A stretch of DNA of 64,000 nt from contig JBFLZW010000031.1 of NCBI GenBank assembly GCA_040755755.1, positions 64,561 to 128,560 of the forward strand, given 5' to 3'. Under the pieces are notes generated by a model, which saw only the letters and a program-made list of their open reading frames with translations, was not told the origin of the DNA and made no database searches. This DNA is from a bacterium (GTDB taxonomy: Bacteria > SZUA-182 > DTGQ01). The position numbers and the translations under genes are program-made. How positions within the stretch are numbered: position 1 is the first letter of the stretch; every line of letters begins with the position of its first letter. Shown here piece after piece: positions 1-8,384 of this stretch.

Positions 1-695
1 TTCTGCGCCGTTATGTTCCCGGATTTGAAAAGGCTCACATCGCCCAGAGCGGATCTACAATTGGCGTGCGGGAAACTCGCAGAATCATGGGAGAATATCA
101 ACTGACGATCGACGATATTCTGACAGCACGAAAGTTTGACGATGTCATTGCCCGGGGCTCCTACCCGATCGATATCCATAATCCGGACGGGGCTGGAACC
201 ACCTTGAAGCAGCTTCCCCCCGGCGAGGCATACGATATCCCGCTGCGCTGCCTTATTCCCCGGGGAACGGAAAACCTCCTGGTTGCCGGGCGATGTATCT
301 CCGGGACGCATGAGGCGCACTCCTCCTACCGGGTCATGCCCATTGCCATAGCCACCGGCCAGGCAGCCGGGGTGTGCGCTGCCATCGCCGCCCGTGCAGG
401 CAGGGCTGTACGGGACATCCCCACCTGGGTCGTGCAGGATGAGCTTATCCTCCAGGGAGCCAATCTGGGTGCTGGACTGGAGAGCGACGCTGTGGTGGGC
501 GATGTGATGATACATGAGGAGATTAATGAGAAGCCTCAGGTGAGAACCGGTGAAGAGAACGCTCTGGAGTCCGGGGGGAAAGAGATATGCCTGGTAGGCA
601 GCGAAAAAGAGATATACCCGCTCGACGGTGATATCAGAAAAGTTGAGGCAGATGATATTCTTGTTGAGCCAGACGTTGACGCAGATAAATGGTAA
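1..695 (+). CDS. FAD-dependent oxidoreductase, C-terminal part (5' end lies outside window)
   Basis: Frame open from nt 3 to the stop at 693-695. The tail (GSYPIDIHNPDGAG...LLVAGRCISGTHEAHSSYRVM...) resembles the FAD_oxidored/FixC-like flavoprotein family. Confidence 0.55.
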   Translation, partial: LRRYVPGFEKAHIAQSGSTIGVRETRRIMGEYQLTIDDILTARKFDDVIARGSYPIDIHNPDGAGTTLKQLPPGEAYDIPLRCLIPRGTENLLVAGRCISGTHEAHSSYRVMPIAIATGQAAGVCAAIAARAGRAVRDIPTWVVQDELILQGANLGAGLESDAVVGDVMIHEEINEKPQVRTGEENALESGGKEICLVGSEKEIYPLDGDIRKVEADDILVEPDVDADKW

Positions 696-1172
696 TAAGC
701 AATGGAGCCTCACATTCTCAGGATGGAAACTTTGTGGTTCAGATCGAAACAGATGGGCGCTCTGTCCCTGAATAGTTCCGAATGGGGGAGAAATGCCGGG
801 AGAGAGGGGTTAGGCTATTGTCCCTCTCCCGGCATCTCCCATCAGGGAGTATGGTGGCGCTCCCGGGAAATTGCAGCCTGACCCCCGATTATGAAACCGA
901 GGGGCCAAGCTGTGCTGGGGATGGAGAAGGCGAGACCACCGGCCCAAAGGGGTCCTGCCTGTTTCTTCTGAGCCGCTGTAAGTCAACAAGTTTCTTGATC
1001 CCCCCGGAAATCCTCGATGGTCCCGCACCTGGGAGTTGTGGCTTACTGCTTCCGGTGTCTGTTCTCATGCCTGTTGTTCCTCCCTATCGAGGAATTCCGA
1101 GGGGTTCCGATGGCATAACCTGGTATTTTCTATGTACTGAAGCTCAATTCTTCACTTTACTGTTTCTTATTA

Positions 1173-1535
1173 TTACCTGCCCTGCAATCTCCTGCACCTT
1201 CTCAGGCAGCCTGGCATAGCCATTGCCGGATTGGGTAGATTACCTGCAAGATAGGCCGAAATGACATCCTCGGCTTCGCCGGCGATGAACGGTATTATCC
1301 GGATGCCGTATGCTGCCAGTAAGTTGGACAGACATCGGGAAATGGCTCCGCAGAGCAGCGTTTCCACTTTCATGTCAGCCAATCTGCCTGCCCTTCGAAG
1401 CGGATCATTGTCATCCAGTACCTGCCTGTTTCTGGCGATAACGGTTCCATTCTCGATGTCCAAAATAAGGATCTGCCGGGATACATCGAAAACCGGCGAA
1501 ACCCTTCCATTCCAGATTGCCAGGGCTGTTCTCAT
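1173..1535 (-). CDS. NifX/NifB-like dinitrogenase FeMo-cofactor-binding family protein (DUF134-like)
   Basis: 120-aa ORF. The N-terminus MRTALAIWNGRVSPVFDVSRQILILDIENGTVI fits the NifX/NafY small-protein pattern (MKIA.P..G..vs.HFG.a..F.i.d.e.g). GGAGAG RBS 8 nt upstream. A sigma-54 promoter lies just upstream. Confidence 0.55.
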   Translation of the reverse strand: MRTALAIWNGRVSPVFDVSRQILILDIENGTVIARNRQVLDDNDPLRRAGRLADMKVETLLCGAISRCLSNLLAAYGIRIIPFIAGEAEDVISAYLAGNLPNPAMAMPGCLRRCRRLQGR

Positions 1536-1569
1536 GGTGCATTCTCTCCAGTATCACTTCCGAAGAGTA

Positions 1570-1585
1570 AGCATCTGATGTGCCA
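1570..1585 (-). promoter_or_regulatory. sigma-54 (-24/-12) promoter for the NifX-like gene
   Basis: Minus-strand sequence TGGCACATCAGATGCT matches TGGCAC-N5-TTGCW, with GG and GC at the canonical spacing. It sits ~35 nt upstream of the ATG at 1535 and directly downstream of a sigma-54 activator gene. Confidence 0.45.
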
Positions 1586-1735
1586 GCTTGAGGAGAATAC
1601 AAAACGAGGCAGGTAAGTAAAGCAATTACAAATGGTTCACAAGTTTTTTACTGACTGGTAAGGCATCATGCGCTGTCTTTTCAGTCGCAGGGATGCGACC
1701 CTATGCACGAATGAAGTTGCTTCTCTGCTACTGTG

Positions 1736-3133
1736 CTACTGCTCGAAGCGATGGCGTCCATCTTTTTCAGGAAGGATAATGCCGAGCGCCTTGATCTTGC
1801 GAAACAGGGTGCTCTTGTGCATACCCAGCTCACGCGCTGCCGCCAGACGGTTAAAGCGGTTTCGCTGGAGAGCTTCCCGGATTGCCTGGGCTTCGACCGT
1901 CCGGATAGCGGTAGTTATTTCGCCCGCACTGGAAGGCAGGGGATCGCGGGCGATGAATTCATCCGGGAGATGGCAGAGCTCGATCCGGTCCTGATCGCAG
2001 AGAACAAAGGCATATTCGATGATATTTTCCAGTTCGCGGATATTGCCGGGATAGTCGTGGGCCATAAGAAAGGCCATTACCTGCGGGCTGACGCCGGGGA
2101 TGGATTTACCCTGCGTGCGGTTGAATCGCGATACGAAATGCTCCACCAGAAGAGGGATATCCTCTTTGCGTTTTCGCAAGGGAGGAAGATCCATCCTGAC
2201 CACGTTGATCCGATAGTACAGATCCTGCCGGAAAGCACCTTTCTTGACCTGTGCGGCAAGGTTGCGGTTGGTGGCGGCGATCACCCGGACATTGGCTTTT
2301 ACGGATGCCGTACCACCGAGGGGTTCATAGACTCTTTCCTGCAATACCCGCAGCAGCCGGATCTGCAAAGCCTGACTCACCTCGGCGATTTCATCCAGAA
2401 AGAGCGTCCCCCCTTCGGCCAGGGCAAAACGGCCTGGTTTATCTTTATCCGCTCCGGTGAAAGCACCTGCCTTGTAGCCAAAGAGCTCCGATTCCAGAAG
2501 GGTATCGGGCAGCGCACCGCAATTGATGGCCACGAAGGGGTTATTGCGCCGGGGGCTGAGATTGTGCAGCGTGCGGGCCAGAAGCTCCTTGCCGGACCCT
2601 GTCTCTCCCTGAATGAGGACGGTACTGTCACTTGCCGACACCTGGGGCAGGACATCGAATATCCTGCGCATCGAGGTGCTGCGGCTCACCAGGTCACCCG
2701 CCTGGAAGCGGCCTTCCAGTTCTTTGCGAAGCTCCTCGACCAGGCTCAGGTCACGGAAGGTTTCCGCACCACCGATTACCTGCCCCCTTTCGTTTCGCAA
2801 AAGAGCCGTAGACAGACTGATGGGAATGCGCCTTCCTCCGGCATCAACGATAAAGGCGGACCTGTTGATGATCGGAATTCCCGTTTCCAGGGTGCATCGC
2901 AGGGCACAATCCACTTCGCACATGCTGGAGCGAAAGACCTCCGAGCACAGCCTGCCGATGGCTTCCTCGCGGTCAATCCCCATGATTTCCTCCGCGGCAC
3001 GGTTGAAGGAGGTAATCCGCCAGCTACTGTCCACGGTAAATACCCCGTCGGAAATACTCTCCAGGATGATTTCAGTCGGGTTGGAAGTACTCTGTTGTAT
3101 CGTTATTTTGCTCTTTTCATGCAGCTTTCTCAT
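1736..3133 (-). CDS. sigma-54-dependent transcriptional regulator with N-terminal PAS domain and Cys cluster (NifA/NtrC-like enhancer-binding protein)
   Basis: 465 aa. PAS-like N-terminus with a CX8CX3CX3C motif. AAA+ sigma-54 interaction motifs GETGSGKE, GAFTGA, ESELFGY. C-terminal Fis-type HTH (AAARELGMHKSTLFRKIK). Confidence 0.85.
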   Translation of the reverse strand: MRKLHEKSKITIQQSTSNPTEIILESISDGVFTVDSSWRITSFNRAAEEIMGIDREEAIGRLCSEVFRSSMCEVDCALRCTLETGIPIINRSAFIVDAGGRRIPISLSTALLRNERGQVIGGAETFRDLSLVEELRKELEGRFQAGDLVSRSTSMRRIFDVLPQVSASDSTVLIQGETGSGKELLARTLHNLSPRRNNPFVAINCGALPDTLLESELFGYKAGAFTGADKDKPGRFALAEGGTLFLDEIAEVSQALQIRLLRVLQERVYEPLGGTASVKANVRVIAATNRNLAAQVKKGAFRQDLYYRINVVRMDLPPLRKRKEDIPLLVEHFVSRFNRTQGKSIPGVSPQVMAFLMAHDYPGNIRELENIIEYAFVLCDQDRIELCHLPDEFIARDPLPSSAGEITTAIRTVEAQAIREALQRNRFNRLAAARELGMHKSTLFRKIKALGIILPEKDGRHRFEQ

Positions 3134-3151
3134 GGCATGTACTATCCTTCA

Positions 3152-4075
3152 TCAAGGGCTGAAAAGAAAAAGGCGGCGGATCCGCTTCCACAGCTTTTTT
3201 TTCCTGATCTCACGGATAGCCTGGCGGGCGGCCTTCTCTCCTTCCTGGATACATTCTCTGGCCCGGGAAAAATCAGCCCAGTTAAACTCTCCCACTCTTG
3301 GGCAGATCAGCACATCAGCCTCCCGCAGTTGGTTATTCCGCAGGGAAAACAGGGTGATATCATAGGAGCGCATGACCACGTCGAGCCCGCTCTTCAAAGA
3401 ATGCAGGGGCTTCAACCGGCTCTTGCCCACGTTGCAGGCTATGACCAGATCAGCTCCCAACTGGCGGGACGCATGGATGGGAACCAGACTGATGCAGCCC
3501 CCGTCAACCAGGGTTCTCCCGCCAATGCAGACCGGCGGCAGGATTGACGGTATGGCACAGGAGGCGGCGACAGCTTCCCGGATAAGCCCCTGACTTAAAA
3601 TGATTTCCGTGCCTGATTCGATATCCGTGGCTACCAGATAGAGGGGTATACGGCTCTCCTGAAACCTGGCCTCACCAAAAAGATACGAGCTGTTCTCCCG
3701 GACAACGTCGGGAGAAATAAACGACAGCCTGGTCAATGACCGGCTGAAGAAAATACCCTTTTCCAGTAAGCCGGTGGGGATGACAGGCAGCAGCCATTTC
3801 CTGGGCTTGTTCCCGCTCTCCTCTGCACCCTCCCTGATAAAAGAATCTATCCGGAGTTTTTTAAACGGCTCGCTCTCGAGATACTCCAAAACTCTCTTCT
3901 CAAGACTGTCAGCCCTCGGGTCCAGAGCATAGAGCCCGCCGATAATGGCACCGATGCTGGTACCGACAAGCAGGTCGAATTGGAACCTCTCCTCTTCCAG
4001 CACCTTGAGAACCCCGATATGGGCCAGCCCCCGTGCAGCTCCACCTCCCAGGGCCAATGCAATTTTCATAGCCAT
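3152..4075 (-). CDS. patatin-like phospholipase
   Basis: GGGAARGLAHIGVL (GGGxRG), GTSIGA (GxSxG) and LVDGG catalytic Asp motifs. Likely start at the internal MAMKIALALGGG. Confidence 0.8.
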   Translation of the reverse strand: MAMKIALALGGGAARGLAHIGVLKVLEEERFQFDLLVGTSIGAIIGGLYALDPRADSLEKRVLEYLESEPFKKLRIDSFIREGAEESGNKPRKWLLPVIPTGLLEKGIFFSRSLTRLSFISPDVVRENSSYLFGEARFQESRIPLYLVATDIESGTEIILSQGLIREAVAASCAIPSILPPVCIGGRTLVDGGCISLVPIHASRQLGADLVIACNVGKSRLKPLHSLKSGLDVVMRSYDITLFSLRNNQLREADVLICPRVGEFNWADFSRARECIQEGEKAARQAIREIRKKKLWKRIRRLFLFSP

Positions 4076-4106
4076 CGATCGCTTTTCGAGCCAGCGGTTT
4101 GCTTGT

Positions 4107-4469
4107 TTATTTCTGGTTTTTGAGCCGCTTTTCCCGGTCAATGCGGGCTACCTGCTCCCGCACTGCCTCTGGCGGCGACCAGGACAAAAACATTCGTAAG
4201 CCAAGGATCAGTACAATAATGTCATCAATCCCCCCGATCACGGGTATGAGAAAACCCGGTATCAAATCGATAGGGCTGATGATATACAGGAAAATCCCTG
4301 CCAGGAATAATTTCAGATACACAGGGACCCGGCTATCCAGAAACAGGCGGTAAAAGAGCTTGAGAAAATCCGGCAGATGCCAGAGAAGCCGGAAGAGGTG
4401 CAAGGGATTAAGCAGTTGTAAACCAAAGGGATTTTCCAGCAATTTTTGCTCCTCTCCCCATATGATCAC
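4107..4469 (-). CDS. DUF1232 (YkvA-like) small membrane protein
   Basis: Motif SPIDLIPGFLIPVIGGIDDIIV is typical of DUF1232. Two hydrophobic segments. 4-nt overlap with the upstream TPR gene. Confidence 0.55.
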   Translation of the reverse strand: MIIWGEEQKLLENPFGLQLLNPLHLFRLLWHLPDFLKLFYRLFLDSRVPVYLKLFLAGIFLYIISPIDLIPGFLIPVIGGIDDIIVLILGLRMFLSWSPPEAVREQVARIDREKRLKNQK

Positions 4470-5755
4470 TCCCCTGCTCCGGCAAGGTTACGGCCTATGT
4501 AACGCTGCATCTCCTCTTCTCCTTCAGTATGTATATGGCCTTTGAGATAAAGATTCCAGTGGAGAGCAGCCTGCTCTTTTTTGCCCTGCTTCTCATAGGC
4601 CATGGCCAAGGCAGCCCGGCATTCCGGGTAATCGGGATTGATGGCCAGCGCCTTTTCAAACTCTCCCACAGCATCCGGCATATTTCCCTTCTCGGCATAG
4701 AGAGTCCCCAGATAGTAATGAAGGTCCGGATAATGAGGCTGAGCAGCAATTGCCTTGAGTATCATACTGATACTCTGATCGATCTCTCCCGCTTTCAGGT
4801 AAGTCAGGGCCAGGCTGATCATCGCCTGGACATAGCCGGGATTGATCTTGAGAGATTTGAGAAAGGTTTCGATAGCCCGCTGATGGAGACCCTTTTTAGC
4901 GTAATACATCCCAAGCTGATAGTGAAGGTCTGCATAGTTTGGATTTACCAGTACGGCCTTTTCGTAAAACAGGATGGTATTGGAGATAATGTCGTCGCCT
5001 TCAGTCAGTTGAACCGACGGGCCAAGAAGAGGCCGAGAGACATCAATTGGTGGAGCGGCAAAAACCCTTGAAAATTCTTCGAGTAATTTCTGATTGCAGT
5101 CGGTCTTCCGAAGCTCGCCGCCCCGGTCAGACAGGGAGCATTCCTCGATAAGGGCCATTTTTATCCTGGCTTCCCGGTAATGAGGATTAACTTCGAGCGC
5201 CTTCTGGAATTCCTTCATGGCTGCATTGAACCGGTGGGCAAGACCATGAATCGAACCAAGCAGGTAGTAGAAATCAGCATAGCGGGGATTAATTTCCAGG
5301 GCTTTCCGGTAGCATTCCGCGGCCTCGTTCAGGCGGCGGAGCTTAACATAGGTAAATCCCAGAAGGGAAATAGCCGCCGTATAGCGGGGATTGATTTCCA
5401 GCGCCCTGCGAAGCTCCTGTTCCGCCCGGTCAAATTCCCCAAGAGAGCACAAGCACTGTCCCAGATGGTAGTGAATGTCCGCGTAGTTGCCGCTGATCCG
5501 CGCGGCAGCAGCCAAATGCTCCACTGCCTTGTCGTACATCCCCAGGTGCTCGTATGCAAACCCCAGGTGCAGATAGGATTCCTTCAGATAAAAGAGAGAA
5601 AAGGTATGGAAAATACCTGCTTTTTTAGGCTGGGAAATGATTCTGCTGAATCCCTCGATAGCCTGTTCGAAATTTCCCTGCTCATAATGCCCGAGGGCTT
5701 GAGAATAGATGCTATTCTGGCCAAGAAACGGGAACTTGCCAACGATCTGGTTCAT
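4466..5755 (-). CDS. tetratricopeptide (TPR) repeat protein
   Basis: 429 aa with at least 9 consecutive 34-aa TPR units (repeated A..Y..ALEINP..A motifs). Confidence 0.8.
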   Translation of the reverse strand: MNQIVGKFPFLGQNSIYSQALGHYEQGNFEQAIEGFSRIISQPKKAGIFHTFSLFYLKESYLHLGFAYEHLGMYDKAVEHLAAAARISGNYADIHYHLGQCLCSLGEFDRAEQELRRALEINPRYTAAISLLGFTYVKLRRLNEAAECYRKALEINPRYADFYYLLGSIHGLAHRFNAAMKEFQKALEVNPHYREARIKMALIEECSLSDRGGELRKTDCNQKLLEEFSRVFAAPPIDVSRPLLGPSVQLTEGDDIISNTILFYEKAVLVNPNYADLHYQLGMYYAKKGLHQRAIETFLKSLKINPGYVQAMISLALTYLKAGEIDQSISMILKAIAAQPHYPDLHYYLGTLYAEKGNMPDAVGEFEKALAINPDYPECRAALAMAYEKQGKKEQAALHWNLYLKGHIHTEGEEEMQRYIGRNLAGAGE

Positions 5756-5978
5756 AGGATGAACTATAGAGTATCACCGGAAAAAAGTCAAGAGGAGGAG
5801 TCGGGATCAGCAAAAAGTTCAATATTCACCCGTTCGTAGTATAAATATGTTGGCCATTATGTCAGCCACCGGATTCATTCTCTGTCATTCCCGCCTCCGC
5901 TGGAATGACGGGATTGGAGGCTTGTGAGAGGTATTGGGTGGGGCAAGAGCCTGGAAGTACCTAAGATATTTGGTAGAC

Positions 5979-6082
5979 ACAAGCCCCACCCTCCATTCTA
6001 CATTTAAGGTCAAGAAGAGCAATAGCTCAACACCTCTGGGTTTGTATCCCACCGAACACCTTGAATGGAGGGTGGGGCTTGT
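5979..6082. repeat. intergenic element with perfect 20-bp inverted termini (ACAAGCCCCACCCTCCATTC ... GAATGGAGGGTGGGGCTTGT) and a 64-nt spacer
   Basis: Found by reading the sequence directly. An additional hairpin (GTCATTCC-N10-GGAATGAC) lies at 5884-5909. Confidence 0.5.
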
Positions 6083-6383
6083 ACCTACCGGACCCCATAT
6101 CCTCCCATGCCCTGTAGCCCCACCGGATACCTGATAAATGAGAGCTCCAATTTGCGTTTGACCGAATAGTATCCATAGCGAACCTGCCGCTCTCTGTGTC
6201 TCTATGGTGTCCTTATGTCTTTGCCTTTGCCTCTGTCTTTGTCTTTCTTGAGTAATTGCTCATTGAAATAGTAATAATAGGGTTGATTTGGCCGAAGAGA
6301 TTTGGTAAGGTAATGTGTAAGCAATTTAAGCTGAAAATGAACATAATTATCATCTTTTTCCGCACTTAAATTGAGTAATTATT

Positions 6384-8375
6384 ATGCCTGATGAAGGAAG
6401 AAAAAGAGTCAGTATCGAGGGGGTCAAGCCGGAAATCGACGGCGGACGTTTTCCAATTAAAAGAGTTGCCGGAGAAAAGGTCATCGTGCAGGCGGATATC
6501 TTCGCCGATGGGCATGACTCGATTTCAGCCAATCTTTTATACCGCAAAGGAGCTGAAACCGACTGGCAGGAGACTCCCCTGCAATTCCTGGTCAATGACC
6601 GGTGGCAGGGAGAATTTGTGGTTGACGGTCCGGCTGTCTATTTCTACACGATCGAAGGCTGGATCGATCACTTCAAAACCTGGCAGAAAGACCTGAGAAA
6701 GAAATTCGAGGCCGGACAGGACTTACGGGTAGATATCCTCATCGGTATCGAACACCTTGAATCGGCCGCGAAGAGGGCTCCGGCGAGCGAAGCCGCAAGG
6801 CTCCTCGAATTTGCCGGTATTTTCAGAAACGCGACGGATGTTCAGACAGTGGTCTTGGCCGCTCTTGGCCGTGAGCTTGGCGAATTGATGGCCCAAAATC
6901 CCGACAAAAAATTGTCTACCCGCTACGGGCGGGAGCTCGAGGTTGTGGTCGATCGAAAGCGCGCTCTGTTCAGCTCCTGGTATGAGCGGTTTCCCCGCAG
7001 TTGTTCCCCGCAGCCTGATCGTCCGGGAACCTTGCGGGATTGTGAGCAGCTCATTCCGGAAATAGCCAAAATGGGCTTTGATGTTTTCTACCTTCCTCCC
7101 ATTCATCCGATATCCGAAACCAGCCGCAAAGGCAGAAACAATTCGCCGAACGCCAGTCCAGGTGATGTCGGCAGCCCCTGGGCTATCGGATCAAAGGAAG
7201 GGGGGCATCGGGCGATTCACCCTCAGCTTGGGACGATGGAGGATTTTGAACGGCTGCTCAGGAGGGCTGAAAGCTTTGGAATAGAGATCGCCATGGATCT
7301 GGCCTTCCAGTGCGGCTGCGACCATCCTTACGTTCAGGAGCACCCTGAGTGGTTCAGATGGCGGCCTGACGGCACGGTTCAGTATGCCGAGAATCCTCCC
7401 AAAAAGTATGAGGATATCCTCCCGCTCAATTTTGAAACAGCCTCCTGGCAGATGCTCTGGGAGGAGCTGAAGGGGGTGGTGCTGTTCTGGATCGGGAAGG
7501 GAGTGCGGATCTTCCGGGTCGATAATCCCCATACCAAACCCTTTCCCTTTTGGGAGTGGCTGATCAGGGAAATTAAAAGGGATTACCCCGATGTTATTTT
7601 CCTGGCCGAGGCTTTCACCCGGCCAAAGCTCATGCAGCGCCTGGCCAAGCTTGGATTTACGCAAAGCTACACCTATTTCACCTGGAGAAACAGCCGGCAT
7701 GAGTTGACCGCCTATCTCGAGGAACTGACTAAGACCGACATGGCCGAGTATTTCAGGCCGAACTTCTGGCCCAACACACCGGACATTCTCCCTGAGCACC
7801 TCCAGTATGGGGGAAGGCCGGCCTTTATCATCAGGCTTGTTCTGGCGGCAACCCTTTCTTCCAGCTATGGCGTCTACGGGCCTGCCTTTGAGCTGTGCGT
7901 GAGCGAGGGCCTGCCAGGCAGGGAAGAGTATGCGAACTCGGAAAAATACGAGATTAGATACTGGGGGGATTTGAGCCGGCAGGCGGGAAACCTGCGGGAT
8001 TATCTGCGCAAGATCAACAGTATCAGGAGGGATAACCCGGCTCTGCAGACTACCCGGAACCTGCAATTTTACGAAACGGAGAACGAGTATCTCATTGCCT
8101 ATGGGAAGGCCACCGATGACCTTTCCAATATCGTCCTGGTGGTGGTCAACCTCGACCCCTTCCATATCCAGTCCGGATGGGTAAAACTTCCCCTCTCCCA
8201 ATTCGGCATAGGCCCGGACCAGCCATACCTGGTTCACGATCTGATCAGCGAGATCAAATATATCTGGTATGGCGAGAGAAATTATATAGAGCTTAATCCC
8301 AATCTTCTTCCTGCACATATTTTGAGAATCAGGAAGAGGCTGAAAAGAGAAACCGACTTCGATTATTTCGTGTGA
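6384..8375 (+). CDS. glgE: alpha-1,4-glucan:maltose-1-phosphate maltosyltransferase
   Basis: 663 aa. N-terminus RFPIKRVAGEKVIVQADIFADGHD and GH13 core (FRVDNPHTKPFPFWEWLI) are typical of GlgE. Followed by treS and glgB. Confidence 0.9.
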   Translation: MPDEGRKRVSIEGVKPEIDGGRFPIKRVAGEKVIVQADIFADGHDSISANLLYRKGAETDWQETPLQFLVNDRWQGEFVVDGPAVYFYTIEGWIDHFKTWQKDLRKKFEAGQDLRVDILIGIEHLESAAKRAPASEAARLLEFAGIFRNATDVQTVVLAALGRELGELMAQNPDKKLSTRYGRELEVVVDRKRALFSSWYERFPRSCSPQPDRPGTLRDCEQLIPEIAKMGFDVFYLPPIHPISETSRKGRNNSPNASPGDVGSPWAIGSKEGGHRAIHPQLGTMEDFERLLRRAESFGIEIAMDLAFQCGCDHPYVQEHPEWFRWRPDGTVQYAENPPKKYEDILPLNFETASWQMLWEELKGVVLFWIGKGVRIFRVDNPHTKPFPFWEWLIREIKRDYPDVIFLAEAFTRPKLMQRLAKLGFTQSYTYFTWRNSRHELTAYLEELTKTDMAEYFRPNFWPNTPDILPEHLQYGGRPAFIIRLVLAATLSSSYGVYGPAFELCVSEGLPGREEYANSEKYEIRYWGDLSRQAGNLRDYLRKINSIRRDNPALQTTRNLQFYETENEYLIAYGKATDDLSNIVLVVVNLDPFHIQSGWVKLPLSQFGIGPDQPYLVHDLISEIKYIWYGERNYIELNPNLLPAHILRIRKRLKRETDFDYFV

Positions 8376-8384
8376 GGAAGGGAA

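Noticed and set aside
1733-3547. 604-aa plus-strand ORF
   Set aside because: It lies antisense to the sigma-54 activator and patatin genes. The minus-strand frames carry unmistakable GETGSGKE/GAFTGA and GGGxRG/GxSxG motifs. This is a shadow ORF in GC-rich DNA.
5934-6134. 66-aa ORF between the TPR gene and glgE
   Set aside because: It spans the 20-bp inverted-repeat element, and its translation follows the palindrome. It is most likely non-coding.
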